A stretch of 64,000 bases of DNA from Selaginella moellendorffii (lineage: Eukaryota; Plantae; Lycopodiophyta). Positions 37,601-51,200 of this stretch are shown piece by piece (positions within the stretch are counted from its first letter, which is position 1; each line of letters opens with the position of its first letter). The stretch spans positions 2,003,374-2,067,373 of the forward strand of contig NW_003314282.1 in NCBI RefSeq assembly GCF_000143415.4, read 5' to 3'. The notes beneath the pieces are model-generated. The model was not told the DNA's origin. It did no database searches and saw nothing but the letters and a program-made list of their open reading frames with translations. The position numbers were made by a program, and so were the translations under genes.

Positions 37601-40600
37601 TGCTACAGATTTTGTATCTCCGGCTCTTCAGTAGAGGCGAAGTGCCTTGCATCTGGACTGCAGCTAAACCGGATCTAGGCAGCTGTGATATTCACGACTC
37701 TACCGCTTTCACCTGTGAGCCGGAGACGGGAGTGATTGAGGCCCACAAATATGTCGATCTAAAGGTTTGTGTACAAGGTTTCTTCCTGTTCAACAAAAAT
37801 CTTAGCTTTTCTATGTCTGGCCAGGTCCAGTTTATTCCCACGCAAAAGAAGAAGGCGTACTTTGCCGTTTTTTTTATTGATCTGCTGCACAACCCAGTCG
37901 AGCTTAAATTCGCGTGCAGAGGTCACAGCTACGTGCCAATATTTACACTCGAGCCATCGATTATTCAGCTCGGACCAATACTTCCGAACGCTCCTGAAGC
38001 CGCTGAGATCAAATACGTGATCTACAACAACGCTGAAGAGCCAGTGGAGCTTTACTCACTTGCGTTTGATCCAGACTATGTGAAAGAGGAAGAGATTCTC
38101 AAGACGGTGGAAGGCTACAATGAGCGTGATCAACTGTTCCTTGAGCGCCGCAGTGCTGGTCAACCTTTCTGGTCCCATCTCAAACCTGGAGGCTCTGCAA
38201 AGCAAGAGGCTTTGCAACAACCACAACCATCTCCGCTTGAGGCAGCAGGAAAGGCAGGCAAAAGTCCATCTGGTTCTGCTCCAGATGTCTCTGAAAAGCC
38301 TTTGGTTTCCCATGCCAAGAAACTCCTGATTATGCTACTTGGACCTCCAGCGGTTGGCAAGTCGACACAGGCAAAGCAGCTGAGTCGGAGATTCAGTTGC
38401 CCAGTCGTGGCTATGGATGACATGGTCGCTTTAACTCGCAGAAACCGGATGTCCTCCACGGCAGACGGAAGCAGTGGCACCCAGGCGTCCGGGAGTTCTA
38501 CGGCATCTGTGGAAATCAACGACTTCGAAAAGGATCTGATAGCAACACTGAGGAGGAACCTTGAGAGCTCCGAGTGCATCTACGGAGCTGTGTTTGATGG
38601 ACTCAATTCCCACTACACGACGACTGTCTCGCTCGCCAAATGCATCCTCTATGCTGCCGGACTGGAACCATATGATCCAGAGAATCCTCAAGACGACGGG
38701 AAGAAAAAAGGTGGCGGTGAAAAAAAGAAGGCTCCTGCACCTCCCAAAGGTAAGAAGGCAGAGGAAGAACCTACGGGGCCTCCTATCTTTCCCAAGACGT
38801 TCTGGAAGGGCGAGGCTACAGTATACGCAATAACTTTGAAGGCTCAAAGAAGTGAACTATCGAGCCACTACCAAACTGTTCCCGACCGTGACCAGTGCAA
38901 GAAGAAGGTTTACGTGGAAACAGCGGCAAAAGAAAGTCAGGAAACGGAACCTGCTGGGGAGCCGCCACCGCCACCTGCGTCCGAGCCAGAAACCCCAACC
39001 TTTGCATCGGAAGTCCTGAACCATCTCAAGTATTATCCATATGTGTCTCTATTTCCCAGTGAGGAAGAGCTTGATAAGTACTATGCATCGGAGACAGACG
39101 TACAAAACCTTTTGGGTGGAGCCAAGGCTGAAAGTCATGAAGAAGGAGCAGGGACTAATAGAGTGGCTTGCGTTGCTATCAATGCACTTCAGAACGTGGG
39201 GCTTGTTTATGAGGAGGAGCTCCATTTTCTTCCAGACATGGAAAATGTAGCACCGCTTCCACCTGCAGAGGTGCTTCAAGTGGTGAAGCGACCGCACAGG
39301 CGATCGAGTTTCATCAGTGATCCCAGCAGCCTTAAGTTCGCCTTTTTCACCAGCATGGCGGGTGAAGAGGAGGACAGCTCGGGGGATCCCACGGCGCAAG
39401 GAAAGAAGAGCAAAGGGGGAGCAGAGAAAGCGGCAGGCTTGCAGAGCGAGAAGTACCAAATCATGCTCAAGAGGAAGACCGAATATTTCACTCCGCTGGA
39501 GGCGCTGCCAGAGGGGCACGAGATGCGGACACGATGGGTGGTGAAACCGCAGCAACGCGTGGAGCTGCTGTTGCGCTTCTGGTCTCAGACCGTGGGGGAG
39601 TTCGAGCAAAAGTTTGTGTTTGAAGGCCTCAACGGTAACCATCAAGCCCGTCTTATGTGCAAAGGAGTGTGTGCTGAACCACAGATTGGTTGCTTTTATC
39701 GACACATTAAACTTCCCAACACAAAGGTGACGCCCACGCAGAAGCTCCAGAAGGCGTTGTTTGTGTCGGACAGGATTCTAGACTTCGGTCCCCTTCCAAC
39801 CGGAAGAACAGCCGACGGTTTTCCGAATCTGCCAGACTCGGAGCACTGCAAGAGGCTCGAGATTCGTAACATCGGCCTCTTCGACCTGCATGTCGACTTT
39901 GACGTTGGTGAAGGCAGCGAGGCACCTGGTGCTGGTGGTGCTGCAGGCAAGAAGCCGGCTGCCAAGGGTGGCAAGCCACTCTTTATGCTCAATCCCCTCG
40001 GAATGGATCTGAAAATCAACGACAAGCAGATGCTGAGTATCTACTGCTACCCGCCTCAGGTATGACACGAGCTTCTGCTGTTCTTTTTTCCTGAGTTTCT
40101 CGGACATGCAGGGACTACTTGGCCCACTGGAAGGAAGAATGGTGTGCAGGATCAGGGATAATCCTCAGCCTCTGGAATGCAAGGTGATTTGCCTCGCAGA
40201 CACCCCTCGGGTAGACGTTGACTGCAAGGACCTGGTGTTTGAGCGCCTCTTGCTCGACCGTGAAGTGAAGAAATCCATCACCATAAGGCATGCAGCCATT
40301 TTATGTTTCCCGCTGCTGACACTTCTGTTGTAATCTCCAGAAATATATCTGCGTTGCTTCTTTTCTGGAACGTTGTCGGGCTGGAAAATGAACCGCCCGA
40401 GCTTGCGTTCTCGGAGACATCCGGTAGCTTGTGTGCCTTGGGCAGTGCGACAGTTGAGGTCACGTTCAAGGCGATCCAGGAGAAGGTGTTCAGCCAGAAG
40501 TTGAAGCTCCAGGTTAGGGTGGCCGATTTCATCACCCGCTGTCGTGAAATGACACCCAAGATATGTGGTGCAGGTTTTCGAGGCGAAAGACGCCGTCAAA

Positions 40601-43600
40601 TTCAACCAGGAGCTTCCATTGAGTATCACTGCTGAGGCATACAAGATTGACATTGCGATCAAATATCCTAGCCCACCAGAAGACATGCCTCCCGACGGTG
40701 GCTTCAACTATGGCACACTTAGAGTCGCCCAAGATTCTCTCAAATCGCTCACCATGGACAATAAAGGCAAGTACAAGGTCGACTTCAAGTTCGTCCACAA
40801 AACGGCGCTCACGCAGGAGCTCTTTACAATAACCCCGCCTGGGGGTACTTTAGAGCCCAAGAAGCAGCAAAAGGTAAAGTGCGGGAAAGACATAGCAATC
40901 GCACTAACGGTAACGCCGCTGTCTTGCTCTCCAGGTTGACCTGCACTTCAACAAGGAGAAGACGCTGCAAAGAGAGGTCGCACTTAAAGGGAGCCGGGAC
41001 GTGGAGCTGCACCTTATCGAGTGCTTGACTGGCAAAACGGAGCAGATAATTCCTAGTGTAGTAACAGTCCACGCAGTGCATTCCAAGTTCCAGCTGCTTC
41101 CTGCGCAAGGCATTCACTTTGGTTCGCAGATATGCGGCAACCCTCCGCCACCTCGGCTTCTCACGATTGTCAACCTGGGGAAGTTTGATTTCGCTTACAA
41201 GCTTGTCTCCACGTTGGCGCCACCTGCGCCTGAAGCGGCGGCCGCAGCAGAAAAAGGCAAGAAAACGGATAAGAAAGGAGGTGGTGGTGGTGCATCGGGT
41301 GAGCCCCTGGAACTCAACAGCTTCACCGTGGTCCCTGCTTCTGGAACAGTCCTCCCTGGTAGCCACATGGAGCTGTCCGTCTTCTTCAAGGTGGACACGC
41401 CTTGCCTGACATCAGAGACGTTCCACATTGAGATTGCTGACATGAATCCCTTCCTGTATCCGGGAGGCGTGGCGTACGAGCTCTCGGGTGAAGCCTGCAT
41501 TCCAGGCATCAGCACGGAGCCGAGGACCATATTCTACGAGCACCATGTGGTGGACGAGATTGATCTCCTGGCTCCCATCCCAAGCTTTGGAACGTATTCC
41601 AGAAAGGATGAGATGTTCTCCTTTGGGCCGGTTATCATCAACCATGAGAAGGCAGCGCTCGACGCGAGTGCAGGTGGCAACAAGGACAAGCCAGCAGTAG
41701 TAGCAGCTCACAAGAAGGGCGCAAGGGACGTGTGCATGACGGCACGGCTTCGTATCGAGAACCCTCTGCGGGTTCCATGCTCTGTCGAACTGGTGCTCCG
41801 TCGGCCGGGCGAAGCGGCGGCAAAGTCAGGTGGAAAAGAAAAGCTTCCCGCCAAAGGAGGTGGTGGTGGTGGCGACGACTTGCTGTGCATGGAGCTCTCC
41901 CCCCTCACGGCTGACATTCCACCCCTCGAGTACCAGTTTGTTACAATCTCCTTCAAGCCTCTGGCGCTGCAAAAGTACACGGGGCTGCTCGAGGTGCTTG
42001 TCAAAGGCCGGGAGTCGCCACAGTTTACATGCCACATCCAGGGAGAGGGAACCTTGCCTCACTTGTTTGCCGAGTCGCCCTCGGCAGTGTCCCCGCTGGG
42101 ATTCCCGTGGCTCGACTTTCCACGGCTGCTGGTTGGAAAGTCACATACGCTGCCCATTGTTCTTGTCAACAACGGCCTGGTGCCTGCCGTGGCCAGGCTC
42201 GAGTTGGCTGGGGACGCCAGCGACGGATTGGAGTCGTGGCTCGACATGAGCCAGGTGACCGAGCAGGGAGCGGTGCCGCTGCTTGTGGGGAAGAAGCTCA
42301 CGTTTCCCGTCGGCTGTGTGGAGACGGCCAGCGTCACCTTCACGCCTCGTGCCGCTCAGCAGTACAAGCAAGACATCATGGTGGTGGTGGATGACAACCC
42401 ATTTGATGCCGTCACCATATCCATCACGGGTGAAGGCTACAGCGAAGAAGTGGTGTGCCTTGGATTGCCCAAGGCGCTGGACGACGCCATATGCTTCGAC
42501 GACTGCGGGGTTGGAGGCAGCACCCACGTCATCTTCACCCTCAAGAACACATCGCCACTCAAGCACTGGCGCTTTGGCTGGTCTGACGCACCAGCGTTTG
42601 TGAGCTTCAGGCCGGCGCTGGGCCATCTCCACGCGGGGGCGTCCAAGCAGGTCACTGCGACATTCAGCCCCACGGAGGCGGTGGAGTACGTGGACAAGGA
42701 CATATACCTGCAGCTGTGCAACATTGTCTACATTGGACAGGGCGGGGAGGAGGAGGAGCCTCCGCCCGACTGGGACGACACCATGCTGCCCCCTCCCAAC
42801 GAGGACACGCCTCCCGAAGGCGGCAAAGGAAAAGGTGGCAAAGCGGCGCCACCCGCAGCAGCTGCCAAGGGTGGCAAGGGAGGCAATGCTGGCGCTGCCC
42901 CCGAGCTGACCATCGACTCCAACATCAACCCCGCGGAGCCAGCCTTGGAGGTGGTCAAGGGGAGCGCCAAGCTCGTCGCGTACAAGCTCCACGCGGTGGC
43001 CGACAATGCGCGATACGAGTGCAGCGTCCAGGCGGTCCAGTTCAGGACGACGATGATGTTCCAGGTGAGGACGTACCCGTTGGTGGTGAAGAGCCTTAGC
43101 AAGGCGAGCATGCCCTTCTCGTGGCGCGTGGAGAAGGCAGACGGCTCGGTGGAGGCAGAGGAGCAGAGCATGTACGCGGTGGAGCCGGCGTGTGGTGTGC
43201 TGCGGCCTGGCCTGGACGCCCACTTTGTGCTCAAGTTCTGCCCGCTCGAGGTGCACGAGTGCAGCCGCGTGGTGGCGTGCCACATCCCCACGCTGGAGCA
43301 GCCGCTGCGGCTCCCCGTTTGCGGCAGCGTGACGAGGCCGTGGTGCCACTTTGAGCTGCCCCGGAGCGACTATGCAAGCCGGAGGGACGGCCACTTCCCG
43401 GGGCCCGACGGGGAGCTGGGGCCCTTGGACGCTGGCATCCACATCATCGAGTTCGACTCGCTGGGCTGCAACATGCGCAACGTCAAGTACTTCACCGCCG
43501 TCAACCCCACCAATGTGGCCTACAAGTTCGTGTGGGAGGAGAAGAAGAGCCAGTCGCTCAGGTGGACGGCCTACGACCTGGAGCCCATCACCGACGACGA

Positions 43601-46600
43601 CGTCTTCCCCCGTCCCTTCCGGTGCATGACGCGGCGCGGCCTCATCCCAGGCGGCAAGAGGTTTGAGATGGGATTCGAGTACACCCCGATGAGGCTGGAG
43701 CTGCACGAGAGCTTCTGGACCCTCCGCATCCCGGACAAGAGGATCGAGGTCAACTTCCTCCTGGTTGGCAACGTCAAGAAGCCCGAGCTGTCGCTCAGCT
43801 GCTCCCACGTCGACTTTGGCCAGGTCCTCGTCAAGGCCAGAGTGAAGCAGACCATCTACCTGCACAACCCCGAGCCTGGGCCCTTCGCCTTCAACTTCGA
43901 CAAGCTCAGCTACTCGCCGTCGCAGCCGGGCCAGGTTGCGGTGCTCACCTTCACTCCCTCGAGTGGCATTGTGGCCCAAGGTGCAACCATACCGGTGGAG
44001 CTGCTCTTCTCGCCGGCGCTGGAAGGCGACCACTCGTTCGACATCGTGTGCAACCTCCGCATGGCCTCCCCGCTCTTCATGTCTGTCAAGGCGGAGGCCT
44101 ACCTCTACCACGAGAAGCTCTACCTGGAAGGCGGGGACGACGGCAGGCCGCTCGCCCTCGTGGCAAAGGAGGCCTTCAGGCTAGACTACGGGCGGGTGAT
44201 GATCAACTCGAGGGTGTACCGAAAGTTCATCCTCACCAACTCGGGCAAAGCGGCCTTTCACTTCATGTGGGGCTGTGGCAGCGACAGCGCCCTGCTGCGA
44301 GCGGAGCCAGTCGCCGAGCTGGTGACCAAGGATGAGCAGCTCACCTGCGACCTCCTCTTTCACCCCACCGCAGAGAGGACATTTGTGGACCTTCCCATCG
44401 TATGCCAGATTATGCACGGCAACAAGTACCTCATCCATCTCAACGCCACCTGCTACCGCCCCAGGATCAAGTTCAGCTTCCACGACTTTGACTTTGGAGC
44501 CCGCTTCCTGCACCAGCCCGGCTTGACACCGCCCTCCACGGACCTCACGCTCTCCAACGAGGGTGACGAGGTGATCACCTGCGAGCTCCTGTACGAGAAC
44601 ACCTCCTTTCTGGAAGTGGAGTACGTCAACATGAGCTTGAGCCCCGGCCAAAACCACACCATCAGGGTGACTTTCAAGCCGGATGCCTTTGTGCTCTACA
44701 GGGAGGCTGTCAAGTTCCAAATATGTGGCCTCGACACTGTGACCATCTCGGTCAGAGGGGAAGGCGTGCCCGTTTTGCTCGAGCTAGTGGATCCCAGGCA
44801 GCGCTACTTGTCGTTTGGGGTGGTCCGGCTGGGGAAGACGGCAAAGCAACACGTTCAGATCACCAACAAGAGCAAAATCCTGGCTCCCATATCCTTTGAG
44901 CCTAGTGCCAACGCACTGGGCAAGCTGGGCATCACATGCCTGCCTGCCCAAGGCATCCAGCTGCCGCCGAGATACACTCGTCCCATGGAGCTCGTCTTCA
45001 CTCCACAAGCCAGGATGACCAAGTTTACCGAAGGCCTTGTGCTGGAAGTGGCGGGGACCCAGTCGAGAGTGCTGACAGTATCTGGCATTTGCCATGCTGT
45101 GGTGGTGAAGCTCAACCAGAGCGTTTTGCCCTTTGACATCGTAACACTGGGCTCCAAGGTGACCAAGAAGATACAGCTCGAAAACCACGGGGACCTGGCA
45201 ACCAACTTTGCGTGGGACACAACCAAGTGTGAGGCGGATTTCACCATCTTCCCCATGGAGGGGTTCCTGACCCCTCGTCAGGTGTCAAAGCTGGACGTGA
45301 CCTTCCATCCTTCGGCCGCTAATCCGGACATGAGAATCGAGGACATCCCTTGCCAAGTGGAGGGCGGCGAGCCACTGCACTTGACGCTCCTGGGGGGTTG
45401 TGTGGAGCAAGGGGCGCCTGCGGAGACGCTCAAGTTCATGACCGCCGTGCGGGCCACCGAGTCCAAGATGATCCAGCTCAAGAACCCGACAACGCAGAAC
45501 TGGCTCGTACATCCCGTCATCTCGCACCCCTATTGGAGTGGAGCGGTGACAGTGCAGGTGCCGGCCAACCAGAGCCTAGGCTACAGCCTCACCTACCGTC
45601 CCCTGACAATGAGCAACACGCACCGGGCCACCATCTCCTTCCCGCTGCCCTTCGGGGGCCTTGTGTCTTATCAGCTGTCGGGTGAGGCAGGGCCGCCACC
45701 TCCCGAGGCCAGCATCAAGCTGGACGCCAAGGCGCGGCTCACGCTCCCCTTCAGCCTGCACGTCCCAAACTGGCTCAAAGCCACTCAGCAGTTTGCCGTC
45801 ATGGTAAGCATGGTGCAGGGGGATGCCACGACAGTGATCAAGGGCCCCAAGACCATCGACGTGCCCGGGCTGTCCAACAAGGAGTGCGTGCTCTACTTCA
45901 AGGCCCATAAGCCTGGAAGCACCATGAGCACCGTCACGTTCAAGAACGAAGAGAGTGGTGAGTACTCGCTGTTCAACGTGACAGTGGAGACAGGCAGGGC
46001 CGACATTGTCGAGTCAGTGCTCCTCGAGTGCTTTGTGAGGCAGCAAGCGTCGCGCACGCTTCGCCTCAGGAATCCGCTGGACAGGCCTGTGGTGTTCAAG
46101 ACGAGCTGCACGGGCCAAGGCGTGGTGCTGCCCGCCCAGGTGCAAGCTGACGCAATGTCCAGCGCGGCAGTGGACGTTGCGTTTCGACCCCTGGTGCAGG
46201 GCAGCAGCCAGTGCAGCCTCAGTCTACACAGCGACGACCTCGGGGAATTCGAATACCAGCTGACGCTCAAGAGTGTGGCAGCGCCATCCGAGGCCCCGTT
46301 GCTCTTCTCCGTGCCCCTGGGCAATCAGCTCGTACAGACTTTCCACTTTAGGCACACACTTCCAGTCAAGGCCACGTACAATTGCCTGCTCTCTCAAGCA
46401 GCCATTGACGGAGGCTTCACGGCCGAACCCAGCATGGTGCAGGCCAATCCAGCACCGCCCGACGGCCTCGACCTCCAAGTCCAAGTCGTGTTCGAGCCGT
46501 CGCGGATCATGGACGAGTTCCAAGGCTTGCTCACGTTGAAATCGCCTGAAGGGTCTGACTTTTGCTGCCAGCTGCTGGCAAGCTGCAGCAGCCCGTCTCC

Positions 46601-46856
46601 TCAGGGTCCCTTCTTCATCAAGGGCAGTGGACAGATCAACTTCAAAAACGTTTACAACGACACCGTCCAGTTTAACTACACCACGGACAATCCAGCTTTT
46701 GTGGTGAGCAAAGGTGAGAAGATGCAGTCCAAGAAGCAGTCTAAGCTGGTTGTTAGCTACAAACCAGAAGCACCGAACGCCCCCAAGACTGGCCGACTCA
46801 CAGTGACTTGCAATGAAACAGATGATGTATGGTCGTTCTACCTGCAAGCTGTCTAG
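31697..46856 (+). CDS. HYDIN: HYDIN, axonemal central-pair apparatus protein (giant, many ASH/Ig-like repeats)
   Basis: N-terminus RPKPCIV...HQ|...PLFQPFPPEVVF.GY....Y...LQLRNNDK. Many ASH-type repeats (LDFG...L.N; F...P..G.L.PG). Adenylate-kinase-like P-loop GPPAVGKST. C-terminal RPWCHFELP.SDY, EFDSLG, NPTN..Y.F.W, ESFW...IP, PQGP, WSFYLQ*. Terminal exon is ~5.9 kb (40935-46856). Confidence 0.93.
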
Positions 46857-47011
46857 AGCTTATATCTATGTAATGCTACAAGCTCTCTTTGGGCTTGCAA
46901 TCCTTGTTATATATGCTACATGCTTTTATTTTAACTAATTTTAAGTTAGGGTCTGGTTTAAAACATTCTTTTTCCTTTACACGCAAATGAAACTTCATAT
47001 CTATTTAGGTC

Positions 47012-48105
47012 ATGGATGTGGCACCTGAAGAGCTTCCTGGACTTTATTCTTGGGTTTGTAGTTGAAGCTGATCTGATAGATCAGCTCAGTGCTGAGAGTT
47101 TTCAGGTTGACGGGATTCCGTTGTCAAGGCCGAAGAGAAACATCGCTCGGGATTTCAGCGATGGAGGTACTGTTTGCTAACATTCCATGTTGGATTAAAA
47201 CGATGTTTTCCGCCAGTATTAGCGGCAGAAGTTGTAGCACATTATTGCCCACGGCTTGTGGATATTCACAATTACAGTGCTGCCAACAGTCTTGCTCAGA
47301 AGATTTACAACTGGAACACTCTCAACAGTAAGCAACTTTCTGGTTATGCACATTTATTTTGTGTGTGCTGCAGACAAGGTTTTTAGACGTTTAAGCTTTT
47401 CCTTAACCAAGGAAGACGTCGAGGCAGTCGCAAATGCTGAAAACCAAATGATCGAAAGAATACTTAAGCTTTTGAAATATAAGGTAAATGTCTTCCGCTC
47501 CAAATTCGGTTTAGAAATTGTCATATTCTGCCAGATTGCCAAGTACAGGCCGATTAAAACAGAGTCAATGAAGCACGAGCCTAACGGTCATGGTATGATG
47601 GAGAAATGATCAAATAAGTAATCACACAGAAACATTGCTTTGGGAGGCTCTAGTCAAAACTCAAATTAGATTTTGTAGGCAACTACCCCATAAAAAGGCC
47701 CCCCCCTAGAATGTTTACACCGCCAAGCAGGTATGAGATTTTCGTCTTTCTTTTTATTGTTATACATGTTTTCTTGCAGGGGTCATGAAAGAGGACTTTC
47801 TGGTGTAAGTGTACAGTCTTTGTACTGGTTCGGTTCTTGATCTGGTTCAGTTGTACAGAGCCCGAAAAGGACAGATTCTCCAGAGAGACAGGAAAAGGAT
47901 GGGATGAATGAATCCCAAAAGGATATTCAACTCCGAGAGCTCCGGGAGACAATCGAGGTAATTAAGATTGTACAGTAACAGAATGATGAAATACTATAAG
48001 CAGTTGTTAGAAGCCAAAGTTATGAAGCTGGAGCAGCTTGTGAGCCTCAAAGACCACAAGATTCAAGTGCTGACAGGAAAGCCATCAAGACCTACACGAC
48101 CCTGA
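47012..48105 (+). CDS. SPEF1: Sperm flagellar protein 1 (SPEF1/CLAMP, CH-like domain plus C-terminal coiled coil)
   Basis: LYSW|VDGIPLSRPKRNIARDFSDG|VLAAEVVAHYCPRLVDIHNYSAANSLAQKIYNWNTLN.KVFRRL and C-terminal LEAKVMKLEQLVSLKDHKIQVL. TGA at 48103-48105. Confidence 0.92.
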
Positions 48106-48699
48106 ACATCTTAGCAGTTTTGTAAGTTGCCATTGCCATATCTACACATAATTTTTGCTAGTTCGGTGTGCCTTGTTCCTCGCTGCATTGTAGTTGAGCT
48201 TGAATGACATCACGTATTGATGTGCCATATTGTTCCTTAATTCATGCACTCCCAAGGGTTTGTTCTCTCATGGCCTTCAAGTGGGGATTTGTTAATCTGG
48301 AGGGATCCACAAGTATGCCATCTTGCTGGACGCGGCGTTTGAAGGCACATGTCGAGGGATCTCCATGCAAGAGAAGCAATGAAAAGGAATTGCTTACCAG
48401 ACAGATGACGGTACATTTTAAAAAAAAACTCTTGATTCCGACCACCCTTGCTGCCACGCTGCAGCCACGGCTTTTCGCTATATGAGTGACATAAGACAGA
48501 ACTCTGTTGATTGCTGGTATCAGAATCTGCCCAAAGTCCCTCCAGAAATTAGCAATAAAAATATGTTAAATAGAGGGAGCCAACAACAGTCTAGAACCTA
48601 CACCTTAAAGAAAATGCTTTATCTAGGTTTCAAGAGAATCTTTGGCCATGTGGTCAACGTGGGTCAAAAGTCAACTCAAAAGCTTGGACTATAAAATAT

Positions 48700-51200
48700 A
48701 ATTGTCTGGTGTAATATAGTATGGAAAGTTAATTCTCTATATCTTTCTTGTTTACTGGGGAGTCATAATATTAGTATTAAAGATGCTGGTTGTAATAGTA
48801 ACTAAGATGAATGTTGAAATCCTAATGTCAATGGAAGTGTTGACAGTGGTGCCAATAGAGGTGCTGAGGTGCTGAGGTTCTCTTATAAAACTTTGATATT
48901 TTAAGCAAGGGAAAATGGCACTTGGGGATTATATTAAAAAGCTTACATATTTGATTAACCATGTTCTAATGAAAAATCTGAATCAGAATAAGTCATACTT
49001 CATTAATAGCCTTCAAAGTGAGAGCATCAAAAAGTACTTGTGTCATTCCCAAAGTTTGGAGGAGCTCTTTGATGTGGTTTCAACTTTAAAATGATACAAT
49101 AATAGAAATAAATATCACAAGCTGAATTTAATATGAAAGGATCAAAGAGCAAAAGGTTTTTGTGAAAAATTATAGGCAAGGTTGTCATCATTGCAGTGGG
49201 CTTGGACACTAAAAGTTTGATTGTCCACAGCTGAAAAACAAGCAGCAGGGCAAAAGGAATGGTCAATCTTCTAATGACAGTAAGTTTAATACTAACAAGT
49301 TGTAAAATTTGTAACATAAAGATAACAAAGTGGAGTATTATAGTTGGAGGAAGCAGCTCCTGATCATTGTTCATCAACTCAACTAAGAAAAGGTTAAATA
49401 CACTTGTGATCAGCTTAAATGTGGGAAGCATGTTTCATGGAGGTTTAATATGGATTCTACTGGACAATGGAGCAATATGACCTTGTGTGTGGTGGCTCCA
49501 GTAAGCGAATTGCAGTATAATGGATTGCCTGTAGCAAACAATAACAAAGGTTTGGTGACAATGGCTCCAGAAATTTAACAGGTCCAAATGAGAGGGAATC
49601 CGTGTCAGCATTCTTGAGTTCAGTTTATTGAAAGAAGGCAAAAGGGTTTATGAAAGAAAAGTTCCAGGTTTCAGTATTTAGATCTGTTCTTCTTTAAAAG
49701 CTATTCTTACCTCTTGTATTACACATAAATTTGTCTATTTGCCCCCTATCAATCTGGCAACCATCCTGGCAAACACATTGCTCATAATTTATCTGGTGGC
49801 ATATCAATCCAGTCACTCCCAATTTTACAGAGAATAGTATGTTCAAGGTTAACTACAAAAGTACACAAAGAAGAGTGACAGAGTACAGAAGATCAGCAAT
49901 TTAAAGCACAAGAAAGGAAACGGCTTGGATTTGGTTCTTGAAATTGCATAGTTTATAAGCACTTTCTGCTATGGAGCATTGTGGCACATAGTTTTCAAAG
50001 TTTTATAAAATTAATTTTAAATAGTTCAATTTTCATTATATAAATTTAAATTATATCCTTTAACAAATGCTATTTGAAATACAATATACTCAAAAAATAT
50101 GAGTGCTTGATTGGGAAAAACAATAATAGCATCATGAGCCTAAGCATGCTCAACAAACTACATAAACTTGTTGACCATTTTACTCATGGTGATAAAACCA
50201 TGTCCATAACTCTGTTACATGATGAATATGCAATAAAGCATCCACTACCACATTTAATTTCCCTGGACAATTCTTGAAAGGAAACTCCTTAAACTCCATT
50301 AATTTGACCATCTAATGAGTTTGCCTAGTGTTCAACTCCTTATGTGTGAATAAATATATAAGAGGTTTGTGAACTGTCAACACCACAAACACTACACTAT
50401 AATAAAAATAGTGCCACCATGTCCACAAGGCATGAACAATTGAAAGTAGTTTTATTTCATATATGGAATATTGTTGCTCCGCAAGATTCAAAGTCAGATT
50501 TTTATATGCAATAAGCTGTCCTCTTGTAGCTCTTTTCATTAGAATGGCACATGCTTATGTAAATACCATATCAAAACAATAATCACCTTCACAAAGTTGG
50601 GTAGTAATAAATAAGCATACCAAGGAAACTGCTTAACTCAGCCACTGAAGTTGGTGTAGGCCAGCTCACCACCACAGTCATCTTGCTTGAATCTATCTTA
50701 ACACTTAAATTTTGTGATATTCTTCTCTTCCCAAAACTTCTATCTTGGTAGGTTTTCAAGTAGAGGAGCACGAGGTCTCACCATTGCGAGTTTACTATCT
50801 TTTATTACTAAGGGCGACTTTAGTAATGGAAACTAGAATGTCTTAGATGCTGAATCTATAAGAATGGCCTAGAACAGCAAGAAATTTGGTACATAAAGAC
50901 AAGGAAAAGGATAGAAATGCCAGGAAGAGAAAAGGAAAGAAAATCAGTGGTTAGTTAGCTCTTTTCCATGAACTTAGAGGTTGAGATTCAGGAGAACATC
51001 TGAGTATATAACCGTCCTTTGAAGAAGTGAACTAACCTTTTGAGCACTGGGGAACACAAGCCTTCCTTGGGTGTACTTGTTCCAATGTGGAAAGTAAGCT
51101 AGAAAGATTTTTGGCTTCTTGTGTGAAGCTTAGAACCTATGAAACACAAGCTAACATTGATTCAAACAAGAGAAAACACTCCCGGCCATCGTCTAATCAT
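48700..51200 (-). mobile_element. Degenerate Ty3/gypsy LTR-retrotransposon pol remnant; boundaries approximate
   Basis: Minus-strand fragments VVSWPTPTSVAELSSFLGMLIYY (RT connection, 50589-50771) and LAEQQYSIYEIKLLSIVHAL..W.HY....F.V.T.HKPL.YL...KELN.RQ (RNase H, 50312-50539). Many stops, AT-rich. Confidence 0.75.

Noticed and set aside
42141-44111. 656-aa antisense ORF inside HYDIN
   Set aside because: Shadow ORF from high GC3 codon usage on the opposite strand; no recognisable protein features.
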